NCBI GenBank assembly: GCA_963847625.1
Contig: CAWKAR010000019.1
Coordinates: 105,335-169,334, forward strand
Reading direction: 5' to 3'
DNA from: a candidate division FCPU426 bacterium
GTDB taxonomy: Bacteria; Oederibacteriota; Muellerivitia; Muellerivitales; Muellerivitaceae
Length of the DNA: 64,000 nt
Shown: positions 19,277 through 29,198 of the stretch, one piece after another
Position numbering within the stretch: the first letter of the stretch is position 1
Layout of the letters: each line of letters begins with the position of its first letter
Notes under the pieces: model-generated
Databases searched by the model: none
Seen by the model: the letters and a program-made list of their open reading frames with translations, nothing else
What the model was told of the DNA's origin: nothing
Translations under genes and position numbers: made by a program

Positions 19277-19467
19277 GACAGCCTTCCATGAAGCATTTAA
19301 GGAGACTGGTATTGTACCGATTACCGAATTTTTTTCTTTTATGAAAATCGGCATATACTCCAAGGAGATTATCATTTATCCGGAGTCAAGAAGACAGATC
19401 CGGCATGGAAACGCGGGGCTGGCTGTATAATAATCAGCAATTTATCCGGCTGATTTAAGGAGAATTC

Positions 19468-20196
19468 ATGAAAAATTCTATTCTTCGTGGAATCCTGGTT
19501 TTGACGATGGCCATGATTTTGCAGTCGCCCAGGCCATCCCTGGCTAAAACGGATGAGAATCCATCCCGGGAAAGAACGATCAAAGTGGAAGGCGAGGGCA
19601 AAGTTTGGGCTGTCCCGGACCAGGCCGAAATGGAAGTGGAGGTCCAAGAGGAAGGGCAGGACATCGATGAATTGTCTTCCTTGGCCCAAACTAAAATGGA
19701 AAAGATTTTTAACGCGGTCAAATCCATAGGCATACCGGAAAAAGACATACAATCCACGACATATAACGTCCAGCCGAAGGTCAGGTATTACAAAGGGGAA
19801 ACTCAAAAGGAAGGATACATCGTTTCCCATAAAATCAGGGTCGTCATAAAAAACGTCGATTCGGCCGGGAAAGTCCTCAACGAGGTCCTCAAAGACGGGG
19901 CTACGAACGTGAATGGGCCTAATTCCAGTTTTTCCGACCCGGCCAAGCTGAAAATCGAAGCGTTAAAATCTGCGGTGGATGACGCGCATGCCAAGGCCGA
20001 GGCCATGGCGCAGTCGGCGGGCGTGGGAGTGGGGCCGGTTTATTCCATCACCCAAATCAACGTCAGCATGCCCTATAGGCCGGCCGGAAGGGTCATGAGC
20101 GGCTTAGCCGCCTCCGCGGAGGGAGCCGAAGTTTCCCTCGCGACTGGCCAGAATGAGGTGACCGCCCAGGTGGAAGTGATCTACTCGTTGAAGTGA
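19468..20196 (+). CDS. SIMPL (DUF541) domain protein
   Basis: RTIKVEGEGKVWAVPDQA...ALKSAVDDAHAKAEAMA...VEVIYSL. Confidence 0.92.
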   Translation: MKNSILRGILVLTMAMILQSPRPSLAKTDENPSRERTIKVEGEGKVWAVPDQAEMEVEVQEEGQDIDELSSLAQTKMEKIFNAVKSIGIPEKDIQSTTYNVQPKVRYYKGETQKEGYIVSHKIRVVIKNVDSAGKVLNEVLKDGATNVNGPNSSFSDPAKLKIEALKSAVDDAHAKAEAMAQSAGVGVGPVYSITQINVSMPYRPAGRVMSGLAASAEGAEVSLATGQNEVTAQVEVIYSLK

Positions 20197-20317
20197 CCGG
20201 CGTGGTAACCCGGCAGAAATAACAAGACCATCCTTGAAATTCCGGTTGAGGTATAATTTGTTTTTAACAACCCTCTAATTGCGGTAAGAGTAAAAGCTTA
20301 ACAATACGGGGAATGCA

Positions 20318-21328
20318 ATGGATTCTTTACACGGACGGTTTACCGGATTTATCTTTGCCTTGGTTGTTTGTTCTTTTGCGTTTTTAGGTTGTACTCGGCA
20401 AATTGCGACTCCCGTCCCGCCCTCAACATTTTACGGCCAGGTCTGGTACCAAGCCCCCACGACCTTAGGTTTCCCAGCCAGGTATTTTCAGTCCAGTGTT
20501 GTATATAACGGGGCCATGTGGGTTATCGGGGGAAACGCCGGAAATGGGAATTACTTGAACGATGCCTGGTCCTCCACAAACGGTAACACCTGGTACAGGG
20601 CCACGGGACCGGCAGGAGCGGCCTTTTCCGCGAGGTACGCTCAATCCTCTCTGGTTTACAATGGGAAAATGTGGGTCATCGGCGGTTATGACGGCTCTTT
20701 TAAGAACGATGTTTGGTCTTCCAGTGACGGCGCCACCTGGTCCCCTGTGACGGCCACGGCGGCTTTCAGCCCCAGGGCCGCGACGGCTTGCGTGGTTTTT
20801 AACAACGCCATGTACCTCATCGGGGGTTATTCCTCGTCGGCGGGCGGCGAGCAAAACGACGTCTGGACCTCGACGGACGGCGCTGTTTGGTCGCCGGTCA
20901 CCCTGACAGCGAATTTCACGGCCCGGGACATCTTCTCCAGCGTCGTGGATAACGGCATGATCTGGTTGTTCGCCGGCCTGAACACCAAGAATTATACCGC
21001 CACTGTTTTTGACGACGTTTGGGATTCCTCCGACGGGGCCAACTGGTCCCCGGTTACGGTGACGAATATTTTCCCGGCGCGTTACGGGCAGTCATCGGTA
21101 GTTTGCAACGGGCGCCTTTGGGTCATCGCGGGTGATAACGGAAATCCCCCCTTTCTCAATGACGTGTGGTCTTCCACGAACGGGGCTGATTGGTCCCAAG
21201 TTTCTACAGGCGCCGCTTTCTCCGGCAGATATGCCCATACCAGCCTGGTTTTTAAAAGCAAAATATGGGTGATCGCCGGCCTCGATTCAAATCTTAACCC
21301 TTTAAGCGATGTCTGGTATTCGCCATAA
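20318..21328 (+). CDS. Kelch-repeat lipoprotein
   Basis: FLGC lipobox; six repeats of AR...SSVV.NG.MWVIGG...NDVWSS.DG..W. Confidence 0.9.
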   Translation: MDSLHGRFTGFIFALVVCSFAFLGCTRQIATPVPPSTFYGQVWYQAPTTLGFPARYFQSSVVYNGAMWVIGGNAGNGNYLNDAWSSTNGNTWYRATGPAGAAFSARYAQSSLVYNGKMWVIGGYDGSFKNDVWSSSDGATWSPVTATAAFSPRAATACVVFNNAMYLIGGYSSSAGGEQNDVWTSTDGAVWSPVTLTANFTARDIFSSVVDNGMIWLFAGLNTKNYTATVFDDVWDSSDGANWSPVTVTNIFPARYGQSSVVCNGRLWVIAGDNGNPPFLNDVWSSTNGADWSQVSTGAAFSGRYAHTSLVFKSKIWVIAGLDSNLNPLSDVWYSP

Positions 21329-22179
21329 AACCCGGATTGCCGTGAGAAGTCTTTCCTGATAATCCCAATAAAAACATTCCCTTCAACCGTGTTTTCCGAG
21401 CCCAAATAGAAAAATAGGATTGGCGGTATAATTGGCTTGGTGGATAGATTCATCCGAAAAACCCATTAAATGAAGACACATTAATCGTTTCAAGCAGGTG
21501 TCATTTGAGGAATTTTTATTGGTTTTTTGTTTTTACGGCCTGCCTATGGCGGGCCTTTGGGGATGCCAAAAAACCTATACCGTGCCCCCAAAATCCGCAC
21601 CAACCAAGACCCCAACGTCCACCCTGACCACGACCCCAACAATTACTAACACCTCGACTGATACTCCCACCTTTACCCCGACTATTACGGCAACCCCTAC
21701 AAACCCGCCCACTTCCACGCCCACCATTGTTTGTTCAGGCAGTATGTGCTGTCCTGTTTTCGCCCAGATTTGCGTTTCCAGCGACGACTGGTCCCAGGTC
21801 TACGTCGGCGGTGTTTCCCTGGGCCAAGTCAATTATTGCGATTCAAACGGTACCGGATCTTGTCCTCCAGGCTGCCTCGACGTTCCCATGTCCCTTTTAT
21901 CAGTCACGCAACTTTATGTCGCCGTTTATACCCAAAACACCTCCTGCAATAACCTTTACGCCTCCTGGGACCTGGACATCACCTGTTCCAACGGCTTTCA
22001 TTCTGAAATCACCAGCGCGAACGGCAACGTGTTGATGGATTATGTCAGCTCCGGGAATCCTTCCACTCCCCCCGCCAGCAACTGGTACGCAACCAATTAC
22101 AACAGCTCGGGCGGCACTTGGACTGCTCCTGTAAGCGTCAACACCACTTCCGCCTATTGTTGTGCAGCGCAACCCATTC

Positions 22180-23231
22180 GCTGAATTCAACCAGTAAGTG
22201 CAACACCTTGACTAAAGACCTGCTCCGGCGTTTTGAAACGAAGGCACTTGCGAGGACGATGGTTTAGGATCCGTTCCACGCGTCGTACATTCGCTGGGGT
22301 TATAGTAGCAAAATCCGTTTTCTTGGGATAGAAGCGACGAACAAGACCTGCAGTATTTTCAACACAACCTTTCTCCCAACTGTGGAAGGGCAAACAAAAG
22401 AATGAACGAGTGCCTGAAACACGATTCACCTGGAGATGTTCGACGTTTTCGGAGCCATTGTCGTATGTGATGGTACGGCGGAGGCCTTTTGAAATCCGAA
22501 CCAACCGACGGTTGATTGCGGCTCTAGTGTGGAAAGCTGATTTTTGAGGTAGCCAAGCCAGTTTCACCAGACGACTTTTGCGCTCGACCATAACCAGAAG
22601 TGAGGGTTTGCTTTTCCGGGAGATGATGGTGTCGGCCTCCCAGTGCCCGAATTGCTGTCTTGTTTCAACGATAGCTGGTCGTTGGGTAATGGGAGTACGT
22701 TGAGGAATATGGCTTTTGCGATGTTTTTGAGTGTGCCAACGTCGCAAACGTTTTCGATGGGCCCGGGCTAGATGAGGAATGAGGTTTCGAGCTTCGCAGT
22801 AGATGAATTGATAGATGGCTTCATGGGAAACGGAAAGTTTTGGTTTCTCCCGGCGAAGAAAACCGGCAATTTGCTCGGGCGAGAGTCCACGAGGTATTTC
22901 TCGCAGTACTAAACGGCGAATCTCAGGATTTTTAAGCCTTAAATGAGTACGTGAAAGACGGTTTCGGTGTTCTGCACGCATGTGAGCTCTGGCGGGCAGG
23001 TAGCGGCGAGATCGTATAGGAGGGGCGTTGCGCTTCAGTTCTCGGGAAATGCTGGATACATCACGGCCCAGACGGCGTGCGATTTCCCGAAGGGAGAGGC
23101 CTTCAGCATTCCAAACTGAAATTTCTTCACGTTCGGCTAACGACAGATGCTTGTAGGATGATTTCATAGCACTTAGGATAACCCCCGGGTTCTGCCGGGT
23201 CTAAGTGTTGCACTTCGTTATTGAACTGGGG
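22180..23231 (-). mobile_element. IS30-family insertion sequence (1052 bp) with 3-bp TTC target duplication
   Basis: Imperfect IRs GCTGAATTCAACCAGTAAGTGCAACAC / GTGTTGCACTTCGTTATTGAACTGGGG; TTC at 22177-22179 and 23232-23234. Confidence 0.93.
22187..23167 (-). CDS. IS30-family transposase
   Basis: HTH YKHLSLAERE..SISRELKRN; GHWEADT, TYDNGSE, WEKGCVEN, LNHRPRKCL. Confidence 0.97.
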   Translation of the reverse strand: MKSSYKHLSLAEREEISVWNAEGLSLREIARRLGRDVSSISRELKRNAPPIRSRRYLPARAHMRAEHRNRLSRTHLRLKNPEIRRLVLREIPRGLSPEQIAGFLRREKPKLSVSHEAIYQFIYCEARNLIPHLARAHRKRLRRWHTQKHRKSHIPQRTPITQRPAIVETRQQFGHWEADTIISRKSKPSLLVMVERKSRLVKLAWLPQKSAFHTRAAINRRLVRISKGLRRTITYDNGSENVEHLQVNRVSGTRSFFCLPFHSWEKGCVENTAGLVRRFYPKKTDFATITPANVRRVERILNHRPRKCLRFKTPEQVFSQGVALTG

Positions 23232-23508
23232 TTCTCAATCCCGTAACGGGCCAGACGGTACCTTTCCTGTCCTCGGACAGCAACGGCGCCTATAGCACCA
23301 GCAACTGCGGAGGCGCCCTTTTCTTTATCTATACATTCCCATAACCAGGACCGGTTTGATCCTAGAAGACTTTAGGCCGGCCAACTTTGTCCCTCGGCTA
23401 TCCGGTAAATTCCGGTCAAAAGGGTGATTTAAACATTTTTTGGAATAGTTTATCCTCACGAGGACACTATATAATGTTAAACATCCTATCGATTTCAAGG
23501 GGGCTTTT

Positions 23509-24181
23509 ATGAGGTCTTTTATTTGTTTCATGGCATTAATGGTTTCCTGCCTGTTTTTGGCTTCCTGTTCAAGCCCAAGCACGTCTCCGTCGCCCACGGG
23601 TAACACCACCATCTCGTTATACGGTCCCGAAATCGAGGCGAGCATTGCCATGCAAGGAGGCTTTACCCAGCCGGTGCAAGTGTTGATAGATACGACCACC
23701 CAGGCCGTGACCAACGCCGCCATCACCCTGACCGGACCCTCGCTGAGCCTGCCCGTTACTTACAACTATAACGCCACCGCCGGCGGGTATTACCTGGCCT
23801 ATTACAATTCGATCTCTAGCTGGGGATACACCGCAAACCAGAACTATACCATGACGATTTCCTATGGCGGCCATACATACCAATGCACGGTCACCTCGGT
23901 GGGAAATGTTACCTGGGCCCCCGGAACCTCGGGCGTGACTATCTCCTGGGCCGGCCGGGGGCAACGAGAATACCGCAATGGCAATAGGCCCTAACGACTA
24001 CACCTATGGGCCCAACGTGACATCGCCCTACAAGATCGCGGCGTCCAGCCTGGTGGGTCACACATCGGGAAATTACGATATTGAGATGAACTGTACAGCG
24101 TTGAAAGCCTCCGCTTTCTCCGGCGGTGCCTATATGGGGTCCTTCTTCACGGCCAGCGACCAGGAATCCACCACCTACTAA
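23509..24181 (+). pseudogene. Lipoprotein split by a +1 frameshift near 23956 (or a sequencing error)
   Basis: LASC lipobox; deleting one C in GCCGGCCGGGGG joins ISWAGGGNENTAMAIGPNDY with ORF 23978-24181. Confidence 0.65.
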
Positions 24182-24260
24182 CCATTGGGTTCCCTCGTCA
24201 CAAAGTCACTCGCAAATCCTTATGCCTTCGGGTTTCTTGGCAACTCGACTCTCAGCCGCC

Positions 24261-24521
24261 TTAATAGACATTTAACGAATAATTAACCCGGAGGACTACC
24301 GCTGTTATCACCGCGAAAATCACAGCCAGAATAATCAATTCCCGCCTATGTTGATCCCGGATCAATGTCCCTAAAACTAAAAATATTCCCCCTAAAAACA
24401 CCCAATCCCAATTAAATGAAGGAAAGCCCAAAAAAGCGGCGCAAATGGTCAAGAAGCCAAGCAACAACATCAACCATCCGACGATGATCGCGGCCTTGGA
24501 ATTTTTTCGAATTTTCGCCAA
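24261..24521 (-). CDS. Small membrane protein
   Basis: GAGG RBS, TTG start, three hydrophobic helices; follows the GT gene. Confidence 0.6.
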   Translation of the reverse strand: MAKIRKNSKAAIIVGWLMLLLGFLTICAAFLGFPSFNWDWVFLGGIFLVLGTLIRDQHRRELIILAVIFAVITAVVLRVNYSLNVY

Positions 24522-24535
24522 TCTATACCTCTCCG

Positions 24536-27319
24536 CTAGTTCAGGAGGCCCTTTTCCCCCAAATACTTATGCCGCTCGGCGACAAAGGCGTCCAGGTTGG
24601 CGGGGGTGATGGTGCGCATGATGTCGCGGTTGATCCCCTTCACGTAATCATCCGAACCCAGGAGCTTGAGGATCCGCTCCCGCGGGACCGTTTCCACCTT
24701 CTTGAAGAAGTAAACCCGGGGATGGTCGTAAACCGAGAAGGTTTCCTCCGCCATGTCGTCGGGAAATTCCAAGCCCAGCAATTTTGGAAAATTGTGGAAT
24801 TCCCCGATCATCTTGAACCCCAACTGGCCCGACCAGAGCAGGCGGTAATAGCGGGAGGTGACCGGGTAGACGTTGAAACCGTGGGGGCGGAACCCGGGGC
24901 TGGCGTCGGTCAGGGTGTACCAGAGTTTTTTGGAGTCGATGCTGATGCAGTCGCATTTCTGGACGGCGTTCGCGTAGTACTCCTTCTTGGCCGGCAAGTC
25001 ATCCGTGGGGGAATTGAACATTTCATAGGGGCTGATGTCGGCGTGGCCGAAACAAGTTTCGGAGGTCAGGAACTTGTCCATCCGGGGGTCCTGCCGGGGC
25101 CCCACCGGCTTCGGCAATCCGTCGGCCCAGACTTCCGTGCCGATGACGGATTTAAAGGGGACGTTCTTGAAGATCCAGACCGAGGACTCGATCCAGGGAT
25201 GGGGAAAGCGGTAAACATGCATGTAGGCGGCCGAGTAAAAAAGGCTGAAGCCCACGGTCGCCGTTAGAAGGGCCGGTTTCAGGGCGCGTCCGAGGGGTCC
25301 TTTCGTACGGGCCCATTGGAACAGCCGGTACAGGAAAGCCGCCGCGAAGACGCAAAAAGCGGGATAGGTGGGCACCATGTAGCGGATGAACTTGGTGTTC
25401 CAGGCGCCGATGAAGCCGAAATAAGGGATGAACCAGCACAGGATCAGGAGGTCTGGCGCCGAGAAGGCGAAGGCCTTCTTGGGAACAAAGGGCACGGGTA
25501 AAAGACCTCCCTTGCGCGCGGGGCGCGCCAGCCCCAGGAGAAACCTGTAAAGAAACCAAACCATTCCCAGCACGGCCATGATCCCCAGGGGCCAGCCCAT
25601 CTCCACCCGCACCAGGTTCTCAAGCTGGTACCAATAGCGCGGCGTGTCCCTGAATTGGAGAACGTAAGGAGCGTCCGCCCGCGAAACCACGCTCCATTCA
25701 TACTGCTGCCTTTGCATGAAACCCTGGTAATCCAAAAGAGACCAGGGGTCGAAGAGGAAAAAAATGAAAAAGGCCAGGCCGCAAGCCGCCGCCAGCTTTA
25801 CCCACTGCGGCATTTGGGCGCGCAGAACCCTGAGTCGGATTGCTCCCCAAGTGGTGAAAACAATACCCGCTGTGGCCAAAACCAGGAATAAGACGAACCA
25901 CAGGCCCATGGCAAGGGCTGAATTTCCTCCAAAAAGGTCCTGGAGGACGCCGTTGAAATTGAACCCTACCGCAAGGAAACCCGCCAGGACTACAACTAAA
26001 AGCGCCCCGGCCAAAAGGCTGTAGACCTTCCGCTGTTTCTTGAGTTTCATGTCCTCCCTCTCCCAGACAACGGCGCTCTTGCGCGACAGCAGGATCAGGT
26101 GGGCGGTCAAAAGGATTAAAAGGTAATAAAGGGAGCTGGTCTTGGCCGCCATAGCCAGCCCGAAGGCCGCACCCGCCCAGAGGTAACTTTTCCAGGAACC
26201 CTCCCGGAGAATCCCGAGGGAACAAAGGGCGACCACCACGAACATGAAAGTGATGAAGGATTCGGTGATGGAATAATGGGCTTGTTCGATGTCCGCCACG
26301 GTAAAGGCGAAGAAGGCGGCCGTCAGGAGGGCCATGCCGGTATTTTGGTAAAGCCTTTTGACCAGCAGGTAAAGGGCCCCGATGGTCAGGGTGGAAAAGA
26401 CGGCTGACCACAGGCGGCCGATGACCAGCATGGATCCGCCGTCGGTATAGGCGGACCAGCCGTGGCTCAGGGAAGCGGAAAAAGCCCAAAGGGACAGGAG
26501 CGCGATCAAGACCCTTCCCCACTTCCAAATCCAGGCCAGCCAGGCGCCAGCAAGTGCGACCAGCAGGAGGAAAGCGAACCCGGAAATAAAACGCGGCAGG
26601 TGGAAAGACTCGGGGAAAAAAGGCGGGAGAACCCCCAAAAGGAAAACCGCGGCGCAGGCGGCGTAAAAAGGCGGACCTATCCATTGTTTCTCAAAAATCC
26701 TGGAAATCAGGACCGATAACCCGAAGGAAAGCACACACACCAGGAAAAAATTGACCGCGGGAAGGAATGAAAAACCCAGGGCCGAATGGAACAGGGATGA
26801 TATTAAGGGCAGCCTGGCCCTTTGGTTCTCCAGGAAACCAAACCAAATGTCGAAGGCATCCGAGAATATTTTAAGCAGGGCGTACTGGAACAAAATAAAG
26901 GACAGGCCGAAGGCGGGTATTTTCCATTTCTCCCGGGAAAAACAAAAAACCACGGCGCCGATCAGGAGCAGGAGGAGGAGATAATAGGCCCCTTGGGCCC
27001 AAACCGGGCCAGCTCGTAAATAACGGGTGAAAAAATCAACTAAAGCTTGGGGCGGCGAAGCCAGCGCTCCCGTGGCCATGTAAAGATAAGCGGGCAGCTG
27101 GCCGTAGGCGAAAAAGGAAACCTTGAAACCCGGTTGGCTCTTCGACTCATCGCAGGCGTTCAGGATATTGCGCTCGTCCGGATGGAAGGATTCCATGAAA
27201 TCCCAATTGGGGTTGTAAAAGCGGAAACAGCCCCCCAGGAAGATGACGAGGAGAAGCCAAAAGAGGGGTTTTTGAATAAGGCCTTTGGCTATAGATTTAT
27301 TGGTTTTAGGAGCCATCAA
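24536..27319 (-). CDS. GT39/PMT_2-like (GT-C) membrane glycosyltransferase
   Basis: FHPDERNI, FFAYGQLP, GRLWSAVF, HYSITES, GLAMAAK, KFIRYMVP, AEETFSVYDHP. Confidence 0.85.
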   Translation of the reverse strand: MMAPKTNKSIAKGLIQKPLFWLLLVIFLGGCFRFYNPNWDFMESFHPDERNILNACDESKSQPGFKVSFFAYGQLPAYLYMATGALASPPQALVDFFTRYLRAGPVWAQGAYYLLLLLLIGAVVFCFSREKWKIPAFGLSFILFQYALLKIFSDAFDIWFGFLENQRARLPLISSLFHSALGFSFLPAVNFFLVCVLSFGLSVLISRIFEKQWIGPPFYAACAAVFLLGVLPPFFPESFHLPRFISGFAFLLLVALAGAWLAWIWKWGRVLIALLSLWAFSASLSHGWSAYTDGGSMLVIGRLWSAVFSTLTIGALYLLVKRLYQNTGMALLTAAFFAFTVADIEQAHYSITESFITFMFVVVALCSLGILREGSWKSYLWAGAAFGLAMAAKTSSLYYLLILLTAHLILLSRKSAVVWEREDMKLKKQRKVYSLLAGALLVVVLAGFLAVGFNFNGVLQDLFGGNSALAMGLWFVLFLVLATAGIVFTTWGAIRLRVLRAQMPQWVKLAAACGLAFFIFFLFDPWSLLDYQGFMQRQQYEWSVVSRADAPYVLQFRDTPRYWYQLENLVRVEMGWPLGIMAVLGMVWFLYRFLLGLARPARKGGLLPVPFVPKKAFAFSAPDLLILCWFIPYFGFIGAWNTKFIRYMVPTYPAFCVFAAAFLYRLFQWARTKGPLGRALKPALLTATVGFSLFYSAAYMHVYRFPHPWIESSVWIFKNVPFKSVIGTEVWADGLPKPVGPRQDPRMDKFLTSETCFGHADISPYEMFNSPTDDLPAKKEYYANAVQKCDCISIDSKKLWYTLTDASPGFRPHGFNVYPVTSRYYRLLWSGQLGFKMIGEFHNFPKLLGLEFPDDMAEETFSVYDHPRVYFFKKVETVPRERILKLLGSDDYVKGINRDIMRTITPANLDAFVAERHKYLGEKGLLN

Positions 27320-27417
27320 TATCCCTTTTGCCGGGCATCGGATGAGAAAGCGGTCAACACTAAATCGGGGCTAGTGTAACTAACGGTTATCTCGCAAAAG
27401 CCAAAGTTAATCACACA

Positions 27418-27867
27418 CTAACCCTGGCCTAGTAATAATTCATGTTCCTTAACGCATTCAGGGCCCCTCATCAACTTGCCGGAATCATCCACGACCAGGA
27501 GCTTTTCATCATTCGCGATATCGATCAGTAATTTCCAAGCGATGACCGACATTCGCGCATTATAGGACAATGAGAAAACAGCCACTTCCTTTTGGCAGCC
27601 GAACATCCGTTTAAAAAAATCAATGTCGGCCGGGGTTTCCATGAGAAAATCTTCGGTTTCATTACCGTTAGCTTCAATGAATTTCGATGATTCCTTTTTC
27701 AAGCAAAAGTCCAAAAAAACAACAAGATGATTGTTGCCTTTGCGCTGGACTCCATGTCTCCTTTTATCCACCTCGAAACATTCCAAAGCCGGATTTTTTA
27801 TCCCCGGAAGAAAATAATTCATAAATGTATATTCCCCCGGAACGAATATTTTGAATTTTTTCGGCAT
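27418..27867 (-). CDS. Hypothetical protein
   Basis: 149-aa ORF with GAGG RBS. Confidence 0.6.
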   Translation of the reverse strand: MPKKFKIFVPGEYTFMNYFLPGIKNPALECFEVDKRRHGVQRKGNNHLVVFLDFCLKKESSKFIEANGNETEDFLMETPADIDFFKRMFGCQKEVAVFSLSYNARMSVIAWKLLIDIANDEKLLVVDDSGKLMRGPECVKEHELLLGQG

Positions 27868-28017
27868 AAAAACCTCTTTATACGGCCTTCACCTTTCACA
27901 CCTAGTTAACCCCGGCTCTCGCGGACAACTTCAGGACTGTAATTCTTTTGGATATTATTGTATGAAAAACTGGTGGTTTTGGCGGCGCTTGCCCCAGCCC
28001 GGGAATAGTCGGCGGGA

Positions 28018-29004
28018 TCAGGCTGAGTCCCGGATGACCAGGTGGGTCTTCAACTGAAGGGTGCTGTGGACTTTCTCCTCACCGCGCACCCTTTGCATCA
28101 GCTTATGGACGGCCTGGCTGCCCAACTCGAAAAGGTCGTAGCCCACGGTGGTCAGGGCCGGCCTGACGAAGGCCGCCATCTCGATGTCGTCAAAACCCAG
28201 CACCGCGAACGCCCCCTCGCGCTTTTCAGACTCGAGGATTTTAAGGACCCCGATGGCCATGGCGTCGTTGGCGGCGAAAACCGCGGTCGGGGGATCGGAC
28301 ATGGCGAGGAACTTTTTGGCGGCCTCTTCCCCGGCGGGGATCGTGTAATTCCCCGGCAAAACAAGGCTTGGATCCGTTTGGATGCCCGCTTCCTGAAGGG
28401 CCTGCTCATAGCCCTGCTGGCGGTCTTGCGAGTCGCTGAGTTCGGGCCAGCCGGTGATAAAACCGATCCGGCGGTGTCCCTTCCCGATCAGGTATTCGGT
28501 GGCCTGCTTGGCGCCGTTGAAATTGTCGATGATGACCGAGGAGACCATGTTCTCGAACCGCCGCTCGCTCGCCACCACCAAGGGAAAATTCACTTGCAAC
28601 AGCGACTTGATGAGGCCTTCCATCGGGGCCGTCGGCAGGAAGAACAAAAGACCGTCCACGACGGGGGGATCGGTCAAGGCGCGGATGGCCTCCCGGTTCT
28701 CATTATCGCCTGAGGAAAAAACCCCCAGGGTGATCAGCTTACCTTGCCGGCGGGCCTCATCCTCCATGCCGGTGAGCACCGCGGCCACGAAGGGGTTCAG
28801 CGAAGGGGTCACCACCCCCAAAAAACCCGTCTTGTGGGAAGCCAGGCCGCGCGCAAAACGGTGGGGACGGTATTGCAATTTTTCCATGACCGCCTTCACC
28901 TTTTGTTCGGTCTCGGGCTTCACCCCCAGGCCGTTCAAGACGCGGGAAACTGTTGCCTTGGAAACCCCCGCCATGTCAGCTACCTGTTGCATCGTCGACC
29001 CCAT
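28018..29004 (-). CDS. LacI-family transcriptional regulator
   Basis: TMQQVADMAGVSKATVSRVLN; GHRRIG; FAANDAMAIG; GFDDI; LVIRDS. Confidence 0.96.
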   Translation of the reverse strand: MGSTMQQVADMAGVSKATVSRVLNGLGVKPETEQKVKAVMEKLQYRPHRFARGLASHKTGFLGVVTPSLNPFVAAVLTGMEDEARRQGKLITLGVFSSGDNENREAIRALTDPPVVDGLLFFLPTAPMEGLIKSLLQVNFPLVVASERRFENMVSSVIIDNFNGAKQATEYLIGKGHRRIGFITGWPELSDSQDRQQGYEQALQEAGIQTDPSLVLPGNYTIPAGEEAAKKFLAMSDPPTAVFAANDAMAIGVLKILESEKREGAFAVLGFDDIEMAAFVRPALTTVGYDLFELGSQAVHKLMQRVRGEEKVHSTLQLKTHLVIRDSA

Positions 29005-29023
29005 GGTTCCCCCTTCAGGAATT

Positions 29024-29041
29024 ATTGTAAGGTGTAACAAT
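29024..29041. promoter_or_regulatory. Putative LacI-family operator
   Basis: ATTGTAAGGTGTAACAAT dyad about 20 bp upstream of the LacI start. Confidence 0.55.
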
Positions 29042-29198
29042 GATCTTTCCGTATTTTTTTATATATCAGCATCAATAATTCCGCCTCCCAAGACCGTAAA
29101 TAGTGGAACAAGTGTCAAATATCAGCCTGAACCCCGATCCACCAAGCGTACCTTTGCCTTTTGTGGTGAAATATCGAATATTCCCATAAAATAGCGTC

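Larger units (their letters stand above)
21498..23344 (+). pseudogene. Cys-rich, Thr/Pro-linker lipoprotein interrupted by IS30
   Basis: Removing the IS and one TTC copy restores ...AQPI-LNPVTGQTVPFLSSDSNGAYSTSNCGGALFFIYTFP* ending at 23344. Confidence 0.85.

Noticed and set aside
25698..26684. Long alternative-frame ORFs (e.g. 25698-26684, 15202-15999, 41496-42338, 45553-46335)
   Set aside because: They overlap well-supported genes and lack motifs; typical GC-rich shadow ORFs.
27910..27928. Additional cassette sites at ~27917 (CTCGCGGACAA), ~18775 and ~14660
   Set aside because: Only a half-site or weak similarity; cannot be supported without a PWM scan.
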